Below, piece after piece: positions 12,932 to 26,000 of a stretch of DNA of 64,000 nucleotides. Under the pieces are notes generated by a model, which was given only the letters and a program-made list of their open reading frames with translations, made no database searches and was not told the DNA's origin. The translations under genes and the position numbers were made by a program. The stretch's first letter is position 1. Every line of letters begins with the position of its first letter. The stretch is from assembly GCA_002633005.1 (NCBI GenBank), contig NMRA01000815.1, forward strand, positions 18,443 through 82,442, read 5' to 3'. The stretch comes from Phoronis australis (lineage: Eukaryota > Animalia > Phoronida).

Positions 12932-13301
12932 CAGGGCCCGGGATATTTTTGCTTGAGAATCAACTCAAATGATTTTAATTTATCATGTTCTATTCTCAAG
13001 GTAAGTTTCTATTTTATACTATGCGCGAGTACATAAGGACAACTGCCTAATCCTTGTTTGTAATTAATGACCCCAGAATTAAGGCTAAAAGTTTTTACTT
13101 GAAATTTCATGTTTTTACTCAAGCTGTAGCTTAAATCTATTGATCATGAACTACAAACTAGGACTAGAATCTCATTTTCATAAACGACAAACGGTAATAG
13201 ACACTTATCTTTTCATTTGCAAAAAAGTAGAACAAAAGTGATTTCGAGTTCTATTTTGAGTAAGAAAATTAAATAGTAAGAAAATTAAATCCCGGCCCCA
13301 G
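12932..13301. mobile_element. MITE with CAGGGCC-type termini (degenerate)
   Basis: cagggcccgggatatttttgcttgagaatc ... attttgagtaagaaa..atcccggccccag; related to 17357-17652. Confidence 0.5.
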
Positions 13302-13860
13302 ATCCAGTTTATGTGGGTGTCAACGTGCCAAGAATTGCTCGATGACACTTAGCTTACATCAAAATCCAACTGCTGCCTAGCGGTTTGGTAATTGGCCCAA
13401 CTGAGTTGCACACCCAGCAGAAATAATGAGGAATGTGACAACATTATATACAAACGTTCTTAGGTTGTTCAAGTCATATTTCTTGTCCTATTTTCAAAAT
13501 TCAAAAGCCTAATCATGTGTACTATTCACTAACTATTCAAATATGCTATGTAAAATCTTTCAAAATGAAAGTTTAAAAATATACTGTTGTTGCCGGTGTC
13601 TTTACGATGGGTCTCATGATTATCTTGAGAATGATAACATTAGTAGCCTGATACAATGTAATTAATTACAACAACATTGTTTCTTTGATTAATGCCAGCA
13701 AATTTCGCGGTTCGCAAAACTGTCGAGATTGCATCTCGACCTGTGAGGTGTCAACGTAGAATTCTTTTCATAAATTGGGCAGTAAAATCTCATCACTTAC
13801 TACAGTAAACTGTTAAATATTTTGTTTTGCTGAGCAATATATCTTTATTTTACAGAAACA

Positions 13861-14006
13861 ATGAATAATGTGGTTGGCGAGCAGAATGGGACTAAAAAGT
13901 CCAGATTCAAGAAATCCAAAGTGGTCCCGTATTCCAAGTTAAAGGAAAGTGAGACGGGTGTTGACATGGAACTTGATTCCATTGTTAATGAGAAGGACAA
14001 TAATCG
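13861..14006 (+). CDS. TRP channel coding exon 1
   Basis: Acceptor tttacag at 13855 then ATG; MNNVVGEQNGTKKSRFKK...EKDNNR; donor gtgaga; phase fits the next exon. Confidence 0.75.
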
Positions 14007-17000
14007 GTGAGAATGCATTAGTTGTGATAATTTCTCTGTCATTGCTCAAAATCGACTATCAACTGCCTTTCCATCACAAGAAAAAACTTTTGATTTAGAC
14101 CATTTGAAATCGATCTCAAATTGGTCACGAGTCTCAAGTTGAGGTGATTTCAGTGCAGCTTCAAAAAAAAACTTACAAATTGTTATTACTTGAGACTATA
14201 TGCTCTTTAAGTTGGCTATATTGGGGATCTCAAAAGGAGCCCCCACCAACATAAAGTCCCAAGGGGGCTCTTTCACAAAAAGGGCCCCCTTTTCGGGATC
14301 AGTATTTATGCCTGGCACGTGGCAAATGTATACGGAAAATTGGCTATGATACCATTTTCTCAATTTGGGTCCTTAAAAAACCGCTAAAGTAATTCAAGTT
14401 TATCGCATGTGTTGCCGGACTGCTCTTATTCCCACCAAACTACTGACAAAAAGTAAAATCTAGGTGGTAGGTATTTCAAGTTCGTGACTAGTTGTTCTTT
14501 GACTTCCCATGACAGTACAGGCAACTGTTCCACCTTTGAGTAACAAACTGCCAGTTATTTGCAAACCCAGAAGTTTCTTGAACTCCTTGAGTAAGGAACG
14601 CATTGAGATCAATGTGGTCTAAATCAAAAGGCCACTTCTTAGATGGAACATGTTTTACTTATTCTAATATTCCAAAAGTTGGTTTTGTAAGCCTCAAAAG
14701 TTCAAAAAATCCCCTCTTTCAGTTTGAACAAAGTACACAGTAGTTGCAGGAGAAGTGCTCATTATGTGATCGTGTAAAAACTGTTTGAAACTCATTTGTG
14801 TTGACTTTAACAAAGCCTGTTTACTGTATCTGCATGCAGAGTCATGCTGTGTTTTTCTTCGTGTTGCTGCAAAACCGCTCGTAGGAGTCTGGAGTAATTC
14901 AGTTATCATTTTAATTCCGATAGTAAAACCCAGTATCTGGTATTTATATTACAGGGTATTTTTGTGCACTCATATGGAACATTCTACTGTTAGTAATTGA
15001 AATGTTTTTCTTCACCTTTAGGAAATCCATCAAGATGAATAAGTTCAAGACAACTGCCTCAGCTTCATTTGGTCTCCTTGCTAACGTCCAGCATAAAGCA
15101 AGCAAATGGAGAAGATACACAAACCAAAAAAGGCAACTTTCCAAAACAGGTACCATGCTGTTAAACAACTTGAAAAGTGAGAATAAAAACGTAGTCACTG
15201 TGCAGTTGAAAATTTAATAAAAAGTGTAAAACACTAGCATGGAACCTGCACGAGTGTCCTATCACACGATTAGTGTCGATTGTGAGGTGGTTAGGATTTA
15301 TGCAGAGGTGTAAGCGTGTGACTTTGTTTTCAATCCCGACAAATGGACCATAGCTTGCAAACTGAGACTTAGCCTGTCTGCAAGTGTTGCTGGGCAACAC
15401 AACAACTACTTGTAAGATATTGCCAGGTTCATTATTGGCATAAAAAAATCAGTTATGGATGGTCTTTAAGGGAAAATAACATGAGCAGTTTTCTATAGAT
15501 ATGAGTTCAGCTTGACCTCCGGTGTCTATTCAAGTAGGATACTCTTGTTTTGGTATTCTTCCCTGATGCCAGTAGGCATGATTTGTGTTGTTTAATTAAA
15601 CAAAAAAAAACTAAAGCAATGGGAAAATAACTAAGTGCATTTATGATAACCTTCTAATCGTCATGTTCATATATTTTACAAATACCAATTAAAATACCCT
15701 ATTTCAGCTGGGTATTTGTTTGTTTTTGAGGCAATGTATCCGTGATTATAGTGGCAAGTGAGGTTTAGGGCGATGTGCTCGTGTTGGGTTACTTAACATA
15801 TGTTAATTGCAGATAACTAAAGTTGCCCTACGTTTTAGATTTTGTTCTCATGAGCGTCCGTCATTATTAAAAAAATTCAGTCCCTGTGCAGTTGAAAATT
15901 TAATAACGTGAAACATGGATAAAAAAACGTGGCTGTGCAGTTGAATGTTTACACTGTCAGAATTATCTTGCTAAGTGATCTCTCTAAACAGGATGTAGCA
16001 GGAGTCTCTCAGCTGCATTAAGATATTAAATAAATCTAATTTATTGTACTGTTCTTCTAAATTTGTCTGTTGACAGGAGGGTAACCAACCACTCTTTATT
16101 AACTAGACTTGACCTATTTCATACTTAAGCAGTAGTCTGGTTGAAGCGTGCACTGTGATTGTGTGTTTAATAGGTTCCTGGATATGTGTGACTACTACCA
16201 GGGTTTTCCGTAGATAAGCTCCTGGGCGTGTATACGGAAAATGAGAATTTCAAGACACTTTAGGAACATCAATAAACGCCCGGACGTTTATCTCGAAAAG
16301 GGGCGTGTAAACGGAAAGTCATAATTTTCGCGACGTAAATACCAGCATGAAGCGCCATATGTATTTTTGTAAGTGAAACTTCTATAGCAGCTTATCAATC
16401 GCAATATCTGTCTAGCGGGACAAGAAAATATGTGTGCATCACTTCTAGATCTCCTTGTTACAAAGATGATAGCACCCAAAGTCGTTCAACAGAAAATCTG
16501 TGAACTTCGGCCGGCTTGAAAACTTGGCCACATCGTATTGTGAAAAAAAAAACAAATTCGAGCCAGTTCTGTTAGTATAGCAGCAACACTTTTCTCGTTT
16601 TTATAAATAATAAATCCTCTACAAAACTGAATTTGTTGACTCTTAAGTGGCCGTTTAAGAGGAAATTTTCTGAATTAAAGCACTGCTATCTAGGCACTTG
16701 ACACGAGAAGTTCCTACACCAAATAAACGCCCATGGGCATAATTTTTCGAATAAATGCACATGGGTGTTTCATCAGGTGGGCTTATCTACGGAAAACCCC
16801 GGTAGGGTTTGTTTCTTGAAGTCTTAGACATAAGTCAGGAATTTTTACTTAAACGCTCCCATTTCACAATTATCGAATAAAGTTTTTCTATGTTTTTGTT
16901 GGCAGGTGACAGTTTGGAAATAATTTGTTTTATCTGAGCAACGCACTTATCTACATATTTTCAAAGACCTGTATTTTTGCTAAGTTGAGATAAGATTATT

Positions 17001-20000
17001 TCAGAAACAGATGTGTGGAGCGTAAGAACAAAGTCTCTGACTTAAGTCACTTTTTATGAAATGGATACCTGCTTTTTCCTCGTTCGTTTTACTTTATGTC
17101 TTTATATGTGTCTTTTATAGGGCGTCCATTAATGAGCGGTATGTTTTGAGCCAGCCAGTTTTGCACGTTGTAACGTATTGTCACACTGTGATCACTTGTA
17201 TTTTATTATCAATGTGTCTCTCCTTTAGAACAGGCTCATTGAGACATTCCTGGGGCTCAAACAAATGACCCCCCAGACTCTCAACATTTTGGTTCAGTGA
17301 CTAATAGATTGAGAAGTCACTAATCGCTATGTTCTTCATCATTCAGCTCAGAATTTCTGGGCCTGGGTCCTCATCTTTTTACTCGAAAATCGACTACTTG
17401 AAATTATTTTTGGTATTTTTTATTCTACAAAGTCAAGACAAAATTTCAAGTAAAAAGTTGAAATTTTGGGTTCAGACTCAAACTTTTAGCCTTAATTCTG
17501 GGGTCTTCAGGTGCAAAATAGGATTAAACCATTTTTCATGCAAGCCATTACTCAAGCAGAGAATAGACACACATCCTGAATTCACACAAAAAGAGATTAG
17601 AAATTCCTGGGAGGTTTGATTTTCGAGTAAAAAAGTTAGACCCCAGGCCCTGCTTTTCCATCGGATGATTTGGCAGATAGGTTCATTCCAAGCGGGAATT
17701 AAGGCTTGCTCAGCGTGGGGTGTTGATGAGCTGACAGCTGTCATTCAACTTAACAGAAAATTTAACAGCATGCTCAAATAATGCTTTGATGTTCTGAGAA
17801 AAAGTTGTACTAACACGGCTGATTTGCTCGTGACTTTTGGGTTCATAACTAACAGTGGATATTATTATTATGTCTTTTAACCACTTCTAATGTATGTTTG
17901 GAAAAAGTTACGATCAGTATTATATTGACTGTTCACAGATTGAGGACAGCATAAACCCTTAACAAAGGACTACACTCACTCTGTGTAATATTTGGATTTG
18001 GAAACTGCTGTCATTTGGACTTGAAACTAAACAAGAGATATTTGTCATGATATGGAATAGTCACCCCATGCTACAAGTTTATTGCCTCCCTTCTAAAAAA
18101 ACTTGCTTTTTGAAGCCCAGTCTAAGAACAAACTACGTACATCTTTGTGCACCTGTACTCCCTTTGTTGTCTGTTTTTAAACTTTTATTTTCAATTTTTT
18201 AATTAAATTTTGCTGTTTCCTTGTTTTCCTGGCAACATATCATGCTTTTAATGTCCAGTAAATGGTGATTGGCACTTTTTTATTTTTAGAAATGATTTCC
18301 CCACTTTTGCCACTTATTTATGTTTAGCTTCATCAACAATGGTGACAGTTGTAAGAGTTACCATTACCAGTTTCTATATTTTTCAATCAGTCATGTTCAA
18401 AGGAAGCTTGTTGAAGACTGTTTTACACCTTGGATAAAAACCATTGTTTTGCAAGAGTTAAAGAAAACTCGAAGTTTCAAGCTTGAAATCTTGAAACTGT
18501 CAAAATCTCGCAGTAATGTAATGTTGTTTTCAATGGCCAGTTGTTATGGCCTTGCATCATGTTTTTGGTAACCATGGTAACTATAGTAATTCTTCACCTA
18601 TTTTATCTCACAATATGGTGGAGAAGTGTGTTTTGTCAAATTTCAGTCCTCGGGAAAACGAAGATTCTAATCTGTATTTTTCTGAGGAAAAGAACATTTC
18701 AGTCCATTACCAGAATTTTTTGAACTGCGGGGACGTCACAAAACGACACTTGGTAAAGTCTCTATTTGCAGCAAAGTAATCCGCTTTTGAAGAACTGAAG
18801 AATGTCAATTTTGGCAATTGTTTTTGCATGAAATAAATGAAGAATTACTATAGCCATTTTCTCAGCTTTAGACTAATAAGTTTCCATCAAGCTAAACCCT
18901 GATTCAAGTCTGGACGCGACTCATCAGTCCTGCATCTCATTGGGACTGCATCAGACCTAAATCTCCATTGTGGCTGACATCTTATTGTTTTTCCTCAGGT
19001 AACGATGATGAATACAAAAAAATGGGTGGTCTTGGTCTGGATGATATACACGAGCAGTTTACGCAGAAGGAGAGTCGTTCCATGGTGGTGTCTAGCAACA
19101 GGGCGCTTATTCAAGAGTTTGCTAAGCTTGGACCGTCCACAGGTGGTGATGTTGCAATTGACTTGGATTTTGTTGAGAATCTTCTCAACTACGGTGCAAA
19201 AATTGACTGTACGGACAAGTACGGACAAACTGTGTTTCATGAGGTTAGTTCTGAGCAAAGTGGCGCAGTTACTATTCAGTGCTCAGCAAAAGAAGGATCA
19301 TTGTTCGTAATGAATTCTTCAGTATAGATTTTGTGGGATATTCTGAAACATGTGCTGGACTAATTATTGAGGCATTATCCTAGAGGTGTTTTTACCAAAC
19401 ACTAAATTGGCTTATTTTCCTTTCAAATCAGTTTAATAATTAGGAATGGTGAGCACTCACTGGTGAAGTTACAGCCCTAAAACAAATTGCAATTGTTTGA
19501 CAATCTGTACTTGTCTGTGAAAAGATGGTTTCAATGGGAGACTTTCAAATACCAATCATGGAGGCTGATCAAGAGGGACTGGTGGCTGTTATAGCCACCT
19601 GGCTGTACAAGAAAGAAGTTGGGTAGAACATTTTGACTTTGTGAAAAAGTCTCTTTTGCAGTGTATGTGGTGTGAGGTGTTCTAAACAAAATGGGAATTG
19701 CCTCCCTTGTCCTCTGTAGCCTGGTATCTGGCTCCACATCATGTGTCGCCACGTTGATACTTAAATACTGTTGGAAATTAAAATTTAATACCTAGCTCTG
19801 ATCTCCAAGCTCATGTCAACTAAAGATCATCAACTCCAGGTGGACATGGAAATGGTGGGAAATTTGCTTGTTAATCTCAAATTCATTCCTCACTGTTAGT
19901 TTGAGAGTATTATTCAGCTAATTGCCATCTGATGCTTCATCCAGAAAATTTCTGGCAACTCAGATGTTGCCCACTGAAGGGAGTCAATGGGAAAGGTAAG

Positions 20001-23000
20001 TGGAGTTGCGATGGAGCTCCGATAGACCAGAGTTCCTCTAATGGCATTTGTCTGAAACTCTCATTGAGTATCAAATCGTCTTTTGTTTCAGATTGCACGC
20101 ACATGGCATATCGATGTTGCGCGATTCTTTCTTGAACATGGCGCAAACATTAATGCTGCGGACCACTTTGGTCGAACACCATTACATGTCGCTGCTGCTG
20201 TAGATTACCCTGAGATGGTGACGTTCCTCATCCAAAATGGAGGTAAAACTTGTGGTTTTCTAGTGTAGATTACGGTCACGTGTCCCTACCATTTATGTTT
20301 GGTGAAATTTTTTATTCTTAGGACTCATGCCAGTAGCGCAATGGTTACGGATTCACAGTTCACATACTTTAGGGCAATTTAGTTTTATAGGGGTGGTTTT
20401 GATATCATCATCTTGAAGTCTATAAGCTTCGCTGATCAGCTGAGTGATGTCAAACCACACCGTGACTTGGGCAATGAGACCTACGAACATTACTCGGGAT
20501 TTAACTTCGAAATAGCATGAAATTAGAAAATATGCTCCAAGTGAATTCAGTTCATTTGGTTAATTTTGGAGAATCTGATGATTCTCGAAGTAGTAAAGGT
20601 TGGTTGTCTCAGACCCTAGTCTTTTATATGGTCTCTGGATATTTCATAGATAATAGATTTCATCTTTTTTACCAAAAAGTCAAAATTACCTAAGAAATTT
20701 TCTATGTACAATACACGCCAATGAATAGACCAGCGACAAAGTTGTTGAAAGATTTTGACAGAGTTAATTTGGACTCTGCAAGACCAGGAAATCTACTATC
20801 AATCATGCACCATACTGATTAATTTCTTTTTTAAATATTTAAAGTGGCAATAAACCAATGTTCCGTCAAGGGAAGATGTGTTTTTGTGATCAAAAAGCTT
20901 CACTATGTAAATTATTTCTTTTTATGCGCCCACATATTTATTTGCCGTCATCTGCATCTGTCCATCCATCCGTCCGTCCAGGTGGCATTCGTCTGGCATC
21001 TGTTGCTCTATCTCCAAAACCGATTGACGTATGCTCATGAAATTTTGCACATGTGTTCCTTTCATAGATGGGACGGCATGAAAGAACTTTCGGACAGATC
21101 TGACTACCGGTGTGCCCCTATTGGCAATTTTATTATTTTTACTTTTACCTCTGTATCTTCAAATGTCCACAAGGTATTTTCTTGAAATTTGTTATATAGG
21201 CATCTATTAATGAAACAACGACATCCTCCCATTTTCGGATGGATTCCACATAGTTTGCGCAACCTAGTGGCCATTTTTGCTGTTTTCTAGTCTTTTTTTT
21301 TTTGATGTCCACCCTTCTTTCAACCTAACCGCTCTAAGCATGATTGTGAAAATTGGCATGTATGTTCTTACTATGAAGAGGACGGTTGACGATGACTTTC
21401 CGACGACTTCAACTACTGTGGCGCCTCCTAGTGGCAGTTTTTTTGCGCCTATGGCTTTATCTCCTAAACCCTTTTGCAGCATCTTTACTAAATTTAGTAA
21501 GTGCATTTATATGATTTCCACAATGGACGACGACGAATTTCGGACAGATCTGACAACTAGTGGCAATTTTATTGTTTTACGTTTTCCTCTGTAACTTCAA
21601 AGGTCCTCATAAAATTTGGCTTACAGGCTTCTGTTGGTGAGGTGAAGCTTCTTTCCATTTTCAGATGGATTCAACCTAGTTTGCGTCACCTAGTGGCCAT
21701 TTTTACTGTTTTCGAGTCTGTTTTTGGCGTCCATCCCTCTATAAACCAAATCGCTTTCAGGATAATTGTGAAACTTGGCATGTATGTTTTTACTATGAAG
21801 TGGACGGCTGACGATGATGTTCCAGTGACTTCGACTACTGTGGCACCTCCTAGTGGCAGTTTCTTTTTTGCGCCCATAGCTGTATTTCCTAAACCGTTTG
21901 TTGGATCTTTACTTAATTTAAGAAGTGTGTTAATTATATGATTTTGACAACGAACGACGATGATCTTGGGATGGATCTGACTCCTGGTATGCCCCCTGGT
22001 GGCAATTTTAGTTTTACGTTTACCTCAGTCTGTATCTTCAAAGGTCCTCACCAGATTTTTGTAAAATTTTGAATACGGGCTATCCTTCTGTTTTTGGATG
22101 GAATCAAGGTACTTGTCGCCACTTAGTGGCCATTTTTGCTTTTGAAATCATTCTAAGGATGGTTTTGAAAATTGGCATATATGTTCTCAGTGTGAAGAGG
22201 ACGGTTCATGATGACGACTTTGACTACTCTGGGGCCTCCTAGTGGTAGTTTTGTTTTGTTTTGCGCCAATAACTATATCTCCAAAACCCACTGGAGGATC
22301 TTTATTAAATTTAGTAAGTGATTTATATGAAGCAAACAACAGACAATGACGACTTTTAGGCGTATCCAATGAACACTGTGCCCCCTAATGACAATTTCAT
22401 TTTATTCATCTGTTTTCCTTTGTTTCTCTGAAGTTCCTTGGTGGATTTCTATGAAATTTGGTATTTTGTGTATAACTTTCTATTAAAGAAGCAATGACAT
22501 GTTTCCATTTTCGGACGAATTGTATGTTTTCGTGCCATCTAGTGCCCATTTTATGGCACAAATAAGCAACCCCAAAAGCACACTATTTGCGATGCATTTT
22601 GGGTGCATTTCAAAGCTCCGCGTTGCTCTTGTTGTTAAAGCTGACAAAGAGGCAAGGACCAAAGGAGAAGAACAAACACCTGTGTATTTTGCTGCTCGAA
22701 ACGATGCGTGCAAATCGCTGAAGAGATTGATACAGTTGGGCTGTGAATACAAGACCATTCGGGACTACAAGGGACGAACGCCTCTTCACGTGGCCGCAGA
22801 ACTTGGTGAGTGCTGTTCGGCATAGAGTTACTCTTGCTCTATGAACGATAAACAATCAACTCTTCTCCTGATATCAAAGATCGGCAATTTCAAAAAATAT
22901 TTGGCTTACAGCAACTTCTGACACTTGCCATCCTTGCCACACTCGTAAATTTTTGTCACCCCTCACTTAAATCTCACCAGAGTGTATTTTTTGGTAGTAT

Positions 23001-26000
23001 TTTGTCTTGCCCAGTTTGCGCACAATCAGTTTTGACCATCCACCTTATGAACAGAAAGCATTACCTCTGAACGGACTCTCTTTTGTCTTGCTTCTGGCTT
23101 GGTTTAAGATTAATCTTTATAAATTTCCAGTGAAAAAAGTAATACTGACAACTTCAGTGACAGTTTGCCCATTTCACCATGACTGTGCATTCACCCCAAC
23201 ATATCTCATGTGTTGAGATAAAACAGTTGTGTCGCTTACTTTTACCAACACTGTGCGGACATAAATATCTTTATTTTTGTCCTGTCCATCTGAACTGGTG
23301 TTCACTAACTCCTATGTTGCATTGTTTCAGACCGAAGTGAAACTGCTCGACTGCTGCTGGAGTTAAATGCCCCTGCAGGGGTCACCGACAACTGTGGTCA
23401 AGCTGCCATCGTGTGGATGATCACAAAAATGGGCCCTGTGGTACGTGATGCACTCGCAGCCTTTTGCTCATTCTTGCACGCTTCAAGCGTTGAATTTTTG
23501 TCATGAGGCCGTCATTTTATAATGAGTGTTCCAGGAATTGGTTGTTTACTTCCCATTATTAAATTTGTTGATTGCTTTAATCTGGAAAAACGTATTGTTT
23601 TTTATTAGTTTGATTTAGTAAGCTGATCACTTTCCATGTTGCAAACTGTGCAGTACTGTAATATCAGTCAGACAGGTCCATGCTGTTTATCCTGACAGCC
23701 TGTCTCTTCTTTGGTGTAAACTTATAGCGCTGCACTCGACATCTCTATAGAGATGCTTGGCCTTAAGCAAGCTGCACCCGTCACCTCTATAGAGATTGAT
23801 CCTCATTGCTAGGACTGGCAGCCTCATTTTGAAAAGATGGCAAATACTGCTTCAAGGGGGTGTCATTTGGACACGCGTGTTGACTGTCAGTTAGTCAGCT
23901 TAGATAGATGCATGAGCCCCTATGCTTTATTCCAAGATCAAGTTATGTACAGTACATGCCAAAAATTATCTGACAAACTGATGCGGAATTCTTTGCCATG
24001 ATGGCTGAGCACAAGCATAATTCACCATCAGAGTGAGCTCGATTGACTCACTATGACGAGTCACTACCAGTCATAACAGTTAATCGGTTTTTGTCTGTGT
24101 ACTTTTGAGGTGCAATGTTGCCACGTATCTGGGTCGATGTCAGTGACTGAATATTTCGTATCTTTAACAGGCGAAAGAAGCCTTGGACCAGTTCCATATC
24201 AAAGACCGAGCCAACAGGAAGCAGTACTTCTATATCAACCATGTGGAGCCAAACACTGCTGGTTGGTTTTCCTTGAGTCGCTTGCACCCTATACATATTT
24301 TGCAATGTTTTAAAGCTTGATTTTTCGGTCATGATTGAGGATTCAGAAAATGTAATTCTTTTGTTGGTTTAAGATGAACTGTTAAAAACTTATTTGATGA
24401 AATGTAAAGGTTGACGAATTGTCTTAACATTATGTAATCGACAGTTTTGTCATTTAGCTAACTATCTGCAAAAAAATTCGGTAAAATTAAATTTGATTTT
24501 TGATTTTATACCAATCTGCCTTCAATTTGGTCATGTGTTCATGTCTTTATAGTACAGTGAAAGAGAAAGGTACATTTCCTAGCGAAACTATGCTATCAAT
24601 AACATGACCGAATCTCTTTTGATATAAGTTCAATATAATCTCAAATGTTAAATGCTGGTAAAGTTTTCTAAATTATTTTTGTTTCATGCAACTTTTGAGT
24701 TTTTTTTTTTCGTAAAGATCATAAAAGCCCTGTATTTTGATAGTCCTTGATACAAATACAAAACTTTAAAACAATTTTTAAGAGCGTTTTGGTCTGAGCA
24801 GTACCTCTTAACTGTGTGTATGTCTTAAAGTTTTCTTTGAATCTAATCGTGAGATACAATGAAGTTAACCCAATTAGGAATTTTTCCAGGATCCTACAGA
24901 ACTTTAAGACCAATTTTGTTTGTCAGGGGCAAGTGGCTTATGCTTTATTTTGTTTTTTCAAACTCTTAAACTTGAAAAATGTTGTTTAATTTAATAATGC
25001 ATGCCTAATATATGTCGTTCACTTGTTTTCAGAATCTCAAAGAATCAAGCAAGCCATGACACCTGTAAGTTCACAGCTTTTTTGAAAGAGTTGTTAGTCT
25101 GCCATTTATGTATTGATGAAAACATGTGTGTAGTTGGTATTCAGAAGGTGTGGCCAACTTTGCCCCTCTGCTTTGTTTGATATTGCAAACAAACTAACTT
25201 AATTTTATTTATTTCATGCAAGTAAGTACTGGTTAGAAACAATATAAACTGCTCAGAAACCGGACTTGATGAGTGTATCTGGACAACAATATTTTTCATT
25301 CGACATTTTTCACATTACTTAATGCTCCAAATAGTCTTCATATAGTTCGAAAACCCTCATTCTGGCACGTAGCTCATTATCATTTTTCTCTTAAAGTGGC
25401 ATTTGCATGCTAATCACTTATTCTGTGATTATGTTTCCGAGCGTGTTAAAATTCCATTTCTGACATGATGATAACGGCATTTAAGCTGAAATATTCTTAC
25501 ATATTACAACAATCAAGCAGTTTTTGGTGTTACAAAGTACCGTATTCGCCTGGGTATATGCCCGTGGTCAGGTTTTTGTTCTGATCTGCTCGTATAAGCC
25601 TGCATGCCACCTGTTTTGGTGCAAGCCTAGCTCTCCTCCGCCGTCCTCCACTCACACACACACTTGAATTTACACCCTAGACTCTACTTGCAAATTAGTT
25701 GATAAAAATTAATATCTTTTAATGTCTAATTCTAGCTGGAAACTGCAGTCCAGCAAAAGCAATACGACATTCTACTCCACCCTGTCATAAACCGTTTAAT
25801 CAAGATAAAGTGGCAAAATTTTGCAAGGTAAGTGACGGGATGGATAAGGACTTACATTAAGGTAGTGGACTGATAAAGGTGTACTAGAGATTAATTTGGC
25901 CACAGACCTTCCAGACATACAAAAGCTACTGGATACATGGTAGTGTTGTGTTTTACATGGATTTAGACAAACTTGACTCACAGTCCATGTTTATCAGTTC

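Noticed and set aside
17234-17268. Possible alternative terminal/poison exon (GSLRHSWGSNK*) after the micro-exon
   Set aside because: There is an acceptor-like sequence only; no donor or homology support.
4515-22369. Family of similar short ORFs (KLPLGGATVV... / ...TVAPPSGSF) at 4.5-5.2, 7.2-7.5 and 21.2-22.4 kb
   Set aside because: These are translations of the repeat monomers on both strands, with frameshifts and stops between copies. 'LPLGG' is simply the ctgccactagggggc motif, not a protein family.
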